A DNA stretch of 64,000 bases. Origin: an uncultured Chloroflexia bacterium. GTDB taxonomy: Bacteria > Chloroflexota > Chloroflexia > Thermomicrobiales > Thermomicrobiaceae. Positions within the stretch are counted from its first letter, which is position 1. The number at the start of each line of letters is the position of its first letter. Under the pieces are notes generated by a model. It was not told the origin of the DNA. It saw nothing but the letters and a program-made list of their open reading frames with translations, and did no database searches. Position numbers and translations under genes: made by a program. The DNA is taken from the NCBI GenBank assembly GCA_963728335.1, contig CAVSJP010000009.1, forward strand, positions 5,403-69,402, in the 5' to 3' direction. Of the stretch, positions 8,548-18,006 are shown piece by piece.

Positions 8548-9878
8548 TCAGCGCGGCTCGATCAGCGCGAGATACAGATCATTCACGTTGGTTCCGGTCT
8601 GACCGGTCACAACCAGGCCCCCACAGGCATCCAGAAACGCTCGCGTGTCGTTTCTCGCCAATAATGCGCGGGGATCAAATCCGCGCCTGACGATGCGTCT
8701 GGACCGATTCACCGGTGACCACGCCACCGGCCGCGCCACTCGAGCCGTCGTCACCGTCGGTCGCCAGGCTGGCCACGGCGATCCGTTCGAGCCCGGCGAT
8801 CTCCATCGCCGCCGCTGCCGACATCTCCGTATTCCGCCCGCCGAACCCGTCGCCGTGGACATTCACCGTCATCTCTCCGGCCGCTACAATGCAACTCGGT
8901 GCGCCAAACGACGTGTCCCCAGCCGCTGCCGAGATAGCCAACTGCGCCCAGAACCGGCCAAACTCGTCGGCGTCTCCCGCGAATCGACTGCCGAGCAGGA
9001 ATGGGCGATACCCGAGCCGTTCCGCGGCGTCCGCGGCCGAGCGGGAGGCCAGCGCGGCATCTCCGACCACCACGCTCCGCTCGACGTTGGCACAGTCTCC
9101 ATAGGTGACGGCAACCGTGTTCATAAGCGTGGCTCGAACTGTCGTCGGCAGCTGTCGCCAAACGGGTCCAGATTTCACGAGATCGATCCGCCATTCATCG
9201 TCGTCGAGCGCCGCCACCGAAAGCCCGCTGGCGATGACGGCGAGCGGACTGCCAAGCACATCCGACAGGATCAGATTGACCACGCGAGCGGGCGCAGCCG
9301 CACGTGCGAGTCCGCCGGCCTTGATACGGCTCAATCGACGCCGGACGGCATTCAATGTCCAGATATCCGCGCCATGCTGGAGCAGGAGAGACGTCGCTTG
9401 CTTGAAGTCGTCCAGCGTACACCCCGTCGACCGGCGCCTCTACCAGCGAGGATCCCCCACCCGATACAACACAGATCAGCAGGTCATCGAATCCGAGCTG
9501 CTCAGCTTCGTTGGAGCAGGCGTCTCCCCGCGTCCAGGCTCGTCTCGTCCGGAACCGGGTGACTCGCCTCAATCACCGTCGTGCGAACCGGAGGTTCCGA
9601 TCCTTCGCCGAGCCCGCGCTTGGTCACGACCACACCATGGTCCAGCCGATCTCCCAGGACCGCTTCGACGCCACGTGCCATCCCGATCGCCGACTTGCCG
9701 ACTCCCAGCAGGACGATTCGACCGCCTGTCGGCGCAGTTCCATGGCGGCTCACCACCCACCAGCAGTTGGGCTGTTCTCAACCGAAATGACTCGCGCGTC
9801 AGCCGCTCCGGATCAACCACCGCCAGCACTCTGTTGAAAGATGTCGGTGACGTGTTCACGAGCAAGTGCCAGATCCAT
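8548..9878 (-). pseudogene. Glycerate kinase / hydroxypyruvate reductase family (DUF4147 + MOFRL domains), interrupted by 5 frameshifts
   Basis: Homologous segments lie in successive frames: MDLALAREHVTDIFQ, RVLAVVDPERLTRESF, RIVLLGVGKSAIGMARG...EASHPVPDE, DDLLICVVSGGGSSLVEAPVDGV, TLDDFKQATSLLLQHGADIWTLNAVRRRLSRIKAGGLA...MOFRL body, and GFDPRALLARNDTRAFLDACGGLVVTGQTGTNVNDL. The shifts are near 9825, 9770, 9515, 9420 and 8685. The ATG at 9878 overlaps the rluD stop (TGATG). Confidence 0.8.
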
Positions 9879-10801
9879 CAACTTGTTCTCGTCGCGCAGA
9901 ACTCAAGGACGGATTGCAGGTCGAGAGGTAGGGGAGTCTCGACCTCGATCAGCCGGTCGCCGGGGAGATGGAAGGTTAGCGCGGTGGCGTGCAAGAACTG
10001 ACGGTCGAGTTGATAGCGAAACTGACGGCCGCTGTAGATGCGGTCGCCGACCAGCGGGTGGCCAATGTAGGCAAAGTGAACGCGAATCTGGTGAGTTCGT
10101 CCGGTTTCGATGATCACGCTCAACAGCGTGACGTCCCGAAATCGCTCCAGGACCTCAAAGTGAGAAACGGCCGGTCGTCCTGACGCAACCACCCACATCC
10201 GCTTCCGATTGTTCGGATCGCGGCTGATCGGCGCGTCGATGGTCCCTTCCGCCTCGTCGAACGTGCCATGTACCAGCGCGGTATACCGCTTTACTACCGT
10301 GCGCTGCTGCCACTGACGGAGCAGATAACGGCGGGTCCGCTCATTTTTGGCAATGACGATGAGACCTGAGGTGTCTTTATCGAGCCGGTGGACCACTCCA
10401 GGGCGCTCGGCGTCTCGCAGCTCGAGGTCGGGCCGCAGGGCACGAACCACGTTCACCAGCGTTCCATGTTCATGGCCCGGCGCTGGATGTGTCACGAGTC
10501 CGGCCGGTTTGTCGAACACGATCACGTCATCGTCCTCATAGATGATGGGAACCGGGAGGTGCGCTGGAGTCAGATCTTCGGGTGGCTCGATTGGAGGCAG
10601 GCTCAACTCGATAATGTCGCCGGAGTGGACACGAGTCGCCGGACGCGCTATCACCTCCCCGACTTTGACGTTGCCCTCTTTGATCAACTGCTGGGCAAAT
10701 GACCGGCTAATGTCGGCAGCCCTCAGCGCGATAAGCCGGTCAAGACGCTCCCCGTCTTCGTCGGCGGTGACATCCAGCATAAGACGAATCGCGTCGGTCA
10801 T
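9878..10801 (-). CDS. rluD: 23S rRNA pseudouridine synthase, RluA family (RluD-like) with S4 domain
   Basis: 'HRLDKDTSGLIVIAKN' catalytic motif, N-terminal S4-like segment, 'GRTHQIRVH'. Confidence 0.9.
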   Translation of the reverse strand: MTDAIRLMLDVTADEDGERLDRLIALRAADISRSFAQQLIKEGNVKVGEVIARPATRVHSGDIIELSLPPIEPPEDLTPAHLPVPIIYEDDDVIVFDKPAGLVTHPAPGHEHGTLVNVVRALRPDLELRDAERPGVVHRLDKDTSGLIVIAKNERTRRYLLRQWQQRTVVKRYTALVHGTFDEAEGTIDAPISRDPNNRKRMWVVASGRPAVSHFEVLERFRDVTLLSVIIETGRTHQIRVHFAYIGHPLVGDRIYSGRQFRYQLDRQFLHATALTFHLPGDRLIEVETPLPLDLQSVLEFCATRTS

Positions 10802-10961
10802 GTGCCCCTTTCCTGCTCACTTTTACCGCTCATCAGTCGACTGTCTGCCGCTGGATCGCGCCCGGCCGGTTCCTGCTGCTATGTCAACACACCAGCTGCA
10901 GAGTGAAGCCGTACGCGGCACCGTGAACACGGAGGAGCAGTGACGGATTCACGCAATGTCG

Positions 10962-11531
10962 TCAGGGAGTCTGGTTCTCCGCTGAGTTGGCATCCGGCGT
11001 AGGCGCAGGTCCGCGCACAGGTTGCCCGTCAGACGCAACCGAAGTCGGATCCCTCGTCAGGAGATACAGGCCCAGCATGATCACGCCAATCGTGATGGCG
11101 CTGTCAGCGATATTGAACGTCGGGAATTTCGGAAAGTTGATGAAGTCGACCACAAATCCGTGATGGAACCGGTCGATGACATTGCCAACCGCTCCGCCGA
11201 GCTGAAGCCCCAGGGCGAGTGACAGCCAGACGCTATGCGCGATCGCACGACGGAAGTAGAACAGCAGGAAGAGAATGACACCCATTGCGACGATCGTCAG
11301 CACAGGGCTCTTCCCCTGGAACATCCCGAACGCTGCTCCAGTATTCTCGACGTAGATCAGCCTCAAAATTCCGGGAATGATCTTGATCTGTGACAGGTCG
11401 CCGCTTGGCCCAAGCCGGTCGAGGATGATCGCCTTGGTCACCTGGTCGGCGACGAGCACCAGTGCCATGATCAGGGCTGCGAGGACAAAGTTGCGGGCCA
11501 TCCCATGGCGCTGGCTTTCGTCTGAAATCAC
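10962..11531 (-). CDS. lspA: Lipoprotein signal peptidase (signal peptidase II)
   Basis: Four TM segments, 'VENTGAAFG', 'GNVIDR' and 'FNIADSAITIG' motifs. The GTG start overlaps the upstream stop (GTGA). Confidence 0.9.
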   Translation of the reverse strand: MISDESQRHGMARNFVLAALIMALVLVADQVTKAIILDRLGPSGDLSQIKIIPGILRLIYVENTGAAFGMFQGKSPVLTIVAMGVILFLLFYFRRAIAHSVWLSLALGLQLGGAVGNVIDRFHHGFVVDFINFPKFPTFNIADSAITIGVIMLGLYLLTRDPTSVASDGQPVRGPAPTPDANSAENQTP

Positions 11532-11914
11532 CTACGAACGTCTCCACGTTTGTCTTGCTGCTCCTGGCAACGAATGCACAGTGTCACGAATGGGAGCGCT
11601 TCAAGACGTTCCGGCGCGATGGGCTCTCCGCAGTTCTCGCAGATACCCCAGGTGCCTTTGTCCATTTTTCTGAGTGCGTGCTCGATTCGCAGGCGACGAT
11701 TGTTCAGTTCCTCGCGAACCGTGAGCAGTCGCTCCTGCTCGTAGACGATATCAGAATCATCACCGATATGGTTGTCGACACCCTCGGCCAATTCATGATC
11801 CTGGCCGAACGCGCGCACCTCGTCGTCGATTTCCTTGATGTCTTCCTTGGTATTCTCCAGTTGCCGCTCGAGCTCCTGGCGAACGCGGTTAACCTGGTCC
11901 TCGCTTACGACCAT
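11528..11914 (-). CDS. DksA/TraR-family C4 zinc-finger protein
   Basis: Coiled-coil N-terminus plus 'GICENCGEPIAPERLEALPFVTLCIRCQ'. Confidence 0.85.
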   Translation of the reverse strand: MVVSEDQVNRVRQELERQLENTKEDIKEIDDEVRAFGQDHELAEGVDNHIGDDSDIVYEQERLLTVREELNNRRLRIEHALRKMDKGTWGICENCGEPIAPERLEALPFVTLCIRCQEQQDKRGDVRR

Positions 11915-12056
11915 GTTACCAATCCTTTATCACTACACGGCCAATGCAGACGGTTCCCGACCTATTGGTTCCATCTGATGGCATAACGCAGATTTTAGCA
12001 CGGTAGATTCCCCAACCTCTGCTCTTTTCTTGCCGGGTTTTGGAGGGGGGCCTAAG

Positions 12057-13247
12057 ATGGGTCAGGTGAACGCAAATTCGCGTCCAGCGAATGGGGAGGG
12101 AAGCCGGATTTTGTCGCTGTTACTCAAAATTGTCATCGCCGGTGGGGGGACCGGAGGCCACGTCCAACCAGCGCTTGCTGTTTTGCAAGCACTGTCGAAA
12201 CAAGTCAACGTTCAATCGCTTTGGGTCGGGTCACGAACAGGGATCGAGCGTGACGTCGCGGCCGAGAATCACATCTCGTTTACGTCGATTCAAACCGGGA
12301 AACTGCGGCGCTACTTTTCGCTGCAGACACCGGTTGACGCGGCGCGAATCCCCATCGGTGCGGTCCAGGCACTCCTCGCATTGAAACGCTTCCGCCCGGA
12401 TGTCGTCTTCTCCACCGGGGGGTTCGTGAGCGTGCCGACCATCGTCGCCGCTCGCCTGCTCGGAATTCCGTCCATTACCCACGAGCAGACTGCGACGGTT
12501 GGGCTGGCAACACGTATAAACGCCCGGTTTGCCGACCTCGTTGCGCTCTCCTTCGAGAAGAGCCGAGCACAACTCACGAGAACACGTGGTCGCATCACCG
12601 TTACCGGAAATCCGGTACGACAATCGCTGTTTCTGGGGAGCTCTGAGCGGGCACGAGAAACATTCGCACTGCCAGCCGACTTACCCCTCATCTACATTAC
12701 CGGCGGCGTCCTCGGCGCGCACGCCATCAACCAGACCGTCCTCGAAGCGCTGCCACGACTCCTCCAAAGTGCGTCGATCATCCACCAATGTGGGCCAGAA
12801 GCCGGCAATGGAGATCTCAGTCGCCTCACGGCCGCGCGGGACGAGTTGGACGCGGATCCCCGACAACGTTATGTCATCCGCGAGCGGATCGGCACTGAAC
12901 TGGCCGATGTGTATGCCGCCGCGGCGCTGGTGGTAGGCAGGGCGGGAGCGGGTACCGTGGCCGAACTCGCCGCACTTGGGAAACCGGCGATTCTCATTCC
13001 CCTGCCGGGCACTGGTGGCGATGAACAGACCATCAACGCGCGGGTACTCGCCGACGCCGGCGCCGCGATTCTGCTCCCACAGGAGCGATTGGCTCCGGAC
13101 AGGCTCGTCACCGAGGTGGAGAACTTGCTGCAGTTGGGGCAGCTCGACTCGATGGCCAGGGCTGCGAGGGGCTGCGGTCAGATCGACGCCGACGAGCGTC
13201 TGGCGCGGGAAATTCTCGACCTTGCAGGCGCAGCAAACCCACGCTGA
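12057..13247 (+). CDS. murG: UDP-GlcNAc:lipid I N-acetylglucosaminyltransferase MurG
   Basis: 'IAGGGTGGHVQPALAV', 'ITGGVLGA' and 'LPGTGGDEQTINA' motifs. ATG 12057 is preceded by GGAGGGGGG. The track ORF starts at TTG 12030. Confidence 0.9.
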   Translation: MGQVNANSRPANGEGSRILSLLLKIVIAGGGTGGHVQPALAVLQALSKQVNVQSLWVGSRTGIERDVAAENHISFTSIQTGKLRRYFSLQTPVDAARIPIGAVQALLALKRFRPDVVFSTGGFVSVPTIVAARLLGIPSITHEQTATVGLATRINARFADLVALSFEKSRAQLTRTRGRITVTGNPVRQSLFLGSSERARETFALPADLPLIYITGGVLGAHAINQTVLEALPRLLQSASIIHQCGPEAGNGDLSRLTAARDELDADPRQRYVIRERIGTELADVYAAAALVVGRAGAGTVAELAALGKPAILIPLPGTGGDEQTINARVLADAGAAILLPQERLAPDRLVTEVENLLQLGQLDSMARAARGCGQIDADERLAREILDLAGAANPR

Positions 13248-13366
13248 GCGAACCCCCTCCCCGCCGACCACAGTGCGTGACGGCGCTCGCGTCTGCACCC
13301 TGGTTTGAGAATGAGAGGCGGAGCTCTGTCATGTTCCTCAGTGGGTGACCACGGTGGGCTGTGCGT

Positions 13367-13609
13367 CCTGCAGGAGCGACAGCGTCAAGCGGTCATGCTG
13401 AGTAGTGGGCCACATGGAAAGTGGCCGCCGTTCGTCCCCGTGTCATCCTGAGCGAAGTCGAAGGATCTCTCCGCTCTGACCAGCCAGAGTCGCGTCGAGG
13501 ACGGGGAGATTCTTCGCCACTCCCTCACTAACTCTCCCTCGACCCGAGGGAGAGGACCATCCGCTGCGCTCCGCTCTGAATGACAACTCCACGCACGCGC
13601 TCCTGCAGG
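13367..13609. repeat. Palindromic REP/MITE-like element bounded by a perfect 12-bp inverted repeat
   Basis: CCTGCAGGAGCG (13367-13378) pairs with CGCTCCTGCAGG (13598-13609). Inside are GTCATGCTGAGTAG (13392), GTCATCCTGAGCGAAGTCGAAGGATCTCTCCG (13442) and an inverted partial copy GCTCTGAATGAC (13573). There is also a 10-bp-stem hairpin at 13532-13554 and a second at 13408-13426. Confidence 0.6.
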
Positions 13610-13805
13610 GGCCAAAATCGCTGTGGTCGGCTACACAGGACGACAACGGTGATTGCATCGCCATCCGGAGCGGGGAATGCCCCAGTGAGGACCGGCTCCG
13701 CATCTCCTTGCGAAGAGCAACAACCGCGACGGTGCTCGCTTCGGCGCAAGACTGCTCAGTAACAAAGACGGCGCTACGGGCCGCTCGGTGCGACACGCAC
13801 GAACG

Positions 13806-15182
13806 TCATCCGCCGATGGCGAGTTCGATCGCTTCGGTGAGGGACGATGCGCGAAGCAACGTCATCTCCGGCGCGCGCGACTGAGACGGCATCGACCGCG
13901 AAGCCGGGACTACCGCTCGCTTGAATCCAAGACGGGCCGCCTCTGCCAGGCGACGCTCGACCTGATTAACACTGCGCAGCTCACCCGAGAGTCCCACCTC
14001 GCCGATCACGACCGTCGACTGATCGACAGTCCGCTCGCGGAAACTCGAGGTCAGCGCAACCGCGACCGCCAGGTCGATCGCCGGTTCAATGACTCGGAGA
14101 CCTCCCACGATATTGACGAAGACGTCCTGGCCGCCGAGGCCGAGCCCGACCCGCTTGGTCAACACCGCTACCAGCATCTGGAGGCGATTTGAGTCGAAAC
14201 CATTCGACGTGCGGCGTGGCATCCCCAACGAGCTCGTTGCCGTCAACGCCTGCACCTCCAGCAGGATCGGGCGTGATCCTTCCAGCGTCACCGCAATGGC
14301 CGATCCCGCCGCATTTCCAGCCCGCTCCTGAAGGAAGACCTCCGACGGGTTACGCACCTCACGCATGCCGGAGTCGGCCATCTCGAAGACCCCGACCTCA
14401 TCGGTCGAGCCGAACCGGTTCTTCACTGCACGAAGAATGCGGAACTGGTGAAAGCGCTCGCCTTCGAGATAGACCACCGCGTCGACCATGTGCTCGAGCA
14501 CGCGTGGGCCCGCGATCGCGCCCTCTTTGGTGACGTGTCCCACCAGAAACACCGGAAGCTGTCTCGGCTTGGCGAACTGCATCAGCCGCGCGGTGCACTC
14601 ACGCACCTGTGCCACGCTTCCAGCCGCCGAAGTCAATTCGTCAAGGTAGACCGTCTGAATCGAGTCGATGATCAGCAACTTGGGGTTGAGTTGCTCCGCG
14701 GCAGCGAGAATGTCGTCGAGGCGTGTCTCCGACAGGACAAACATGCCGGATGTCGACAGACCGAGACGGTCGGCCCGCAACCTCACCTGTTGAGCTGACT
14801 CCTCGGCGGAGACATACAGGACCGGCGGCGCACTCTGCGCCAGCAAAGACGCGGCCTGAAGCAGCAGGGTTGACTTTCCGATTCCTGGATCGCCACCAAC
14901 GAGCACCAGCGAACCAGGTACCAGTCCGCCACCCAGCACGCGGTTCAATTCGTCGATCGGGATGACGTGGCGGTGTTCCTCGGCGCTGACGATGGTATCC
15001 AACGGTGAAACCTGAGGAGCAATACCGCCGATGCGCGGGCGACGGTCGGATGGGCGGGCAGGCGCCGACTCGATCGTCTCGACCATGCTGTTCCACGCTC
15101 CGCATTCCGGGCACCGGCCGTAGGATGCCGGGCTCTCCAGTCCGCAACTCTGACAGACATACTTGGTGCGTGTCTTCGGCAT
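13806..15182 (-). CDS. radA: DNA repair protein RadA/Sms
   Basis: N-terminal zinc finger (CQSCGLESPASYGRCPECGAWN), Walker A 'GGDPGIGKSTLLLQ', KNRFG motif, and a Lon-like C-terminal domain. Confidence 0.95.
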   Translation of the reverse strand: MPKTRTKYVCQSCGLESPASYGRCPECGAWNSMVETIESAPARPSDRRPRIGGIAPQVSPLDTIVSAEEHRHVIPIDELNRVLGGGLVPGSLVLVGGDPGIGKSTLLLQAASLLAQSAPPVLYVSAEESAQQVRLRADRLGLSTSGMFVLSETRLDDILAAAEQLNPKLLIIDSIQTVYLDELTSAAGSVAQVRECTARLMQFAKPRQLPVFLVGHVTKEGAIAGPRVLEHMVDAVVYLEGERFHQFRILRAVKNRFGSTDEVGVFEMADSGMREVRNPSEVFLQERAGNAAGSAIAVTLEGSRPILLEVQALTATSSLGMPRRTSNGFDSNRLQMLVAVLTKRVGLGLGGQDVFVNIVGGLRVIEPAIDLAVAVALTSSFRERTVDQSTVVIGEVGLSGELRSVNQVERRLAEAARLGFKRAVVPASRSMPSQSRAPEMTLLRASSLTEAIELAIGG

Positions 15183-15339
15183 GGGAACCTCTCAGGCGAT
15201 CAATGCGACGCAGTTGAATTGCAAAATAGCGAACATCTGTTCGAAGTCTAACAGAGACGGACCGCGGATTCCATCGTTCGTACAAAAGAAAACCGCCGCG
15301 GATGACCGCGGCGGTTGTTTCGACATTAGTGGGATCGGA

Positions 15340-17793
15340 TCAGGAAACCGGAACCAGATCCTCGGCCTTCTCGAGTGTCAGGAGGTCCTCCCGCACGTCG
15401 ACCACCACGGTCGACCCCGGAGTGTACTTGTTCTCCAGCAGACCCTCGGCCAACGGATCTTCGATCAGGTTCTGGATAATTCGGCGCAGAGGCCGCGCCC
15501 CGAACTGACGGTCGTAACCGCGGGTTCCGAGCAGATCCATTGCCGCCTCGGTAACCTCGAGGGTGATCTCTTTGTCCTGCAGCTGCTTGCGCACCCGCTT
15601 GAGCTCCAGATCGACGATCCGGCGGATCTCTTCAGCCGCGAGCGGATGGAATACGATCACACCGTCGATGCGGTTAAGGAACTCCGGACGGAAGGTCTGC
15701 TTGAGCTGACCGAGCACCTTGTCCTTCATGACCTGGTAGTTCTGCTGTGCCTTCTTTTCTTCGTCGGCCGCAACAGCAAACCCGAGTGGGCCTTCACGCT
15801 GGATCATGTCGGCCGCGATGTTCGACGTCATGATCAGGATCGTGTTCCGGAAGTCGACCCGGCGACCCTTGGCGTCTGACAGGTTCCCATCTTCGAGAAT
15901 CTGGAGCAGCATGTTGAAGGCTTCGGGGTGCGCCTTCTCGATCTCATCCAATAGGATGACCGAGTAGCTCTTGCGGCGCACAGCCTCGGTCAGCTGACCG
16001 CCCTCTTCGTAGCCCACATATCCAGGAGGCGCTCCGACCAGTCGCGACACGTTGTGACGCTCCATGAACTCACTCATGTCGATCTTGATGAGCGCATCCT
16101 CGCTGCCAAACATGAACTCGGCCAGCGCCCGGGCCAGCAGTGTCTTACCGACACCTGTCGGACCGAGGAAGATGAAGCTGCCGATCGGACGTCGCGGGTC
16201 TTTCAGACCGGCACGAGCGCGGCGCACAGCCTTGGCCATGGTCGAGATCGACTCATCCTGACCGATGATACGCTCATGCAGCGCCTCCTCCATATGGAGC
16301 AGCCGCTCGCTCTCCTCGGTGGCGAGTCGCATCAGCGGAATACCGGTCCACATCGAGACGACCTGGGCGATATCCTCGTCGCTGACTTCCGGCTCGGCTT
16401 CGTCCTGCTCCTCACGCCAGTGCTGCTCCAGGTCGCCAATGCGTCCCTGAAGTTTGCGCTCGCGATCGCGCAGGTCCGCCGCCAGTTCGAACTCCTGACC
16501 GCTCACGGCGGCGTCAAGTTCGTTGCGCAGCGACTCCAGGCCTCGCTTGGCCTCTTTCAGGCTCGGCGGCGACGCGGAGCGATACATGCGCACGCGAGAG
16601 GCGGCCTCGTCGATGAGGTCGATCGCCTTATCCGGCAGGAAACGGTCGGTCACATAGCGGGATGCCAGAATGGCCGCAGAGGTCAACGCATCGTCGCTGA
16701 TCTTTAGCTTGTGGTGCTCTTCGTACCGTTCGCGAATACCCTTGAGGATCTCGATCGTCTCCTCGACGGTCGGCTCATCCACATTGACGGGCTGGAAACG
16801 GCGCTCGAGCGCGGCATCGCGTTCGATGTACTTGCGATACTCGTCGAGGGTGGTCGCGCCAATTGTCTGAAGCTCGCCGCGCGATAGCGCAGGCTTGAGA
16901 ATATTGGCCGCATCCACCGCGCCTTCGGCCGCCCCGGCACCCACGAGCGTGTGCAACTCGTCGATGAAGAGGATGCTTCCGGTATCCTTGACTTCGGCCA
17001 CAATCTTCTTCAGGCGCTCTTCGAACTCGCCACGATACTTGGTGCCGGCAACCAGCGCTCCAATATCGAGCGCCACGACGCGCTTATTCTGCAATGTGTC
17101 AGGGACGTCGCCGTTGATGATCCGTTGGGCCAGACCCTCCACGATGGCGGTCTTGCCAACGCCCGGCTCCCCAATCAGCGCGGGATTGTTCTTGGAACGG
17201 CGCGACAGAATCTGCATCACGCGCTCGATCTCGGCCTGCCTGCCGATGACCGGGTCGAGCTTATTCTGCCGCGCGGCTTCTGTCAGATCGAAGCCCAGCG
17301 CGTCCATGTAGGGCGTCTTGGTCTGCTGCTGCTTCTGTTGGTAGCCGCTGTTCTGGCTGACCACCTGCAGCACCTGCTGGCGCACCTTTTCCAGGTTCAC
17401 GCCCAGGCTTTCGAGCACGCCCGCCGCGATGCCTTCTCCCTCACGCACCAGACCAAGCAACAGGTGCTCGGTGCCGATGTAGTGATGGTTGAGGCGACGA
17501 GCCTCGTCGACCGCGAGCTCAATGACCTTCTTCGCGCGAGGCGTCAGGCCAATCTCGCCGACGATCATCGAGTCACCGCGGCCGATGATGAATTCGACCG
17601 CACTACGAACTTTGGGCAACTGGACGCCCATGTTCGCCAAAACTCGAGCCGCGACGCCATCACCCTCTCGAACAAGGCCAAGGAGCAGGTGCTCGGTTCC
17701 AATGTAGTTGTGATTGAACCGGTGCGCCTCCTCCTGAGCCAGAGTCAGGACTTTGCGCGCCCGTTCGGTGAATTTTTCAAATTTGTCTGCCAT
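15340..17793 (-). CDS. clpC: ATP-dependent Clp protease ATP-binding subunit ClpC
   Basis: Double Clp_N repeat ([23 protein letters not shown]...), two AAA+ modules ([17 protein letters not shown]) and a UVR-like linker. ATG at 17793; the track ORF is extended to 17925. Confidence 0.95.
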   Translation of the reverse strand: MADKFEKFTERARKVLTLAQEEAHRFNHNYIGTEHLLLGLVREGDGVAARVLANMGVQLPKVRSAVEFIIGRGDSMIVGEIGLTPRAKKVIELAVDEARRLNHHYIGTEHLLLGLVREGEGIAAGVLESLGVNLEKVRQQVLQVVSQNSGYQQKQQQTKTPYMDALGFDLTEAARQNKLDPVIGRQAEIERVMQILSRRSKNNPALIGEPGVGKTAIVEGLAQRIINGDVPDTLQNKRVVALDIGALVAGTKYRGEFEERLKKIVAEVKDTGSILFIDELHTLVGAGAAEGAVDAANILKPALSRGELQTIGATTLDEYRKYIERDAALERRFQPVNVDEPTVEETIEILKGIRERYEEHHKLKISDDALTSAAILASRYVTDRFLPDKAIDLIDEAASRVRMYRSASPPSLKEAKRGLESLRNELDAAVSGQEFELAADLRDRERKLQGRIGDLEQHWREEQDEAEPEVSDEDIAQVVSMWTGIPLMRLATEESERLLHMEEALHERIIGQDESISTMAKAVRRARAGLKDPRRPIGSFIFLGPTGVGKTLLARALAEFMFGSEDALIKIDMSEFMERHNVSRLVGAPPGYVGYEEGGQLTEAVRRKSYSVILLDEIEKAHPEAFNMLLQILEDGNLSDAKGRRVDFRNTILIMTSNIAADMIQREGPLGFAVAADEEKKAQQNYQVMKDKVLGQLKQTFRPEFLNRIDGVIVFHPLAAEEIRRIVDLELKRVRKQLQDKEITLEVTEAAMDLLGTRGYDRQFGARPLRRIIQNLIEDPLAEGLLENKYTPGSTVVVDVREDLLTLEKAEDLVPVS

Positions 17794-18006
17794 CGTGTTC
17801 TCCCAAGGCCTCCAGTGACGCCGTGGCCGCATGCCAAGCTCATGACTGGTTGACCGCTCCACCAGTGGAATCAGCGGAAATGCCGAGCCCCCGCACATGC
17901 AATGGCTGGGGGCTTCACCATGCACTGATCACGCCACACTGTGGCACTGACCAATTTGCATTATCTATGTGCAATAGTCTGGTGAGAATTCTGACGCGAT
18001 CCGCGA

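Noticed and set aside
13385-13796. Small ORFs 13385-13615(-), 13443-13796(-) and 13528-13749(-) as genes
   Set aside because: They are translations of the palindromic repeat element (peptides such as 'FDFAQDD' and 'SFRAERSG'), overlap one another in different frames, and have no start context.
17794-18006. CtsR/CIRCE-type operators upstream of clpC
   Set aside because: A single GGTCAAC heptad occurs at about 17850 (minus strand) and a TTGCA-N9-TGCAA inverted repeat at 17955-17973. Neither matches the tandem CtsR heptad consensus or the CIRCE sequence, and no ctsR/mcsAB genes accompany clpC.
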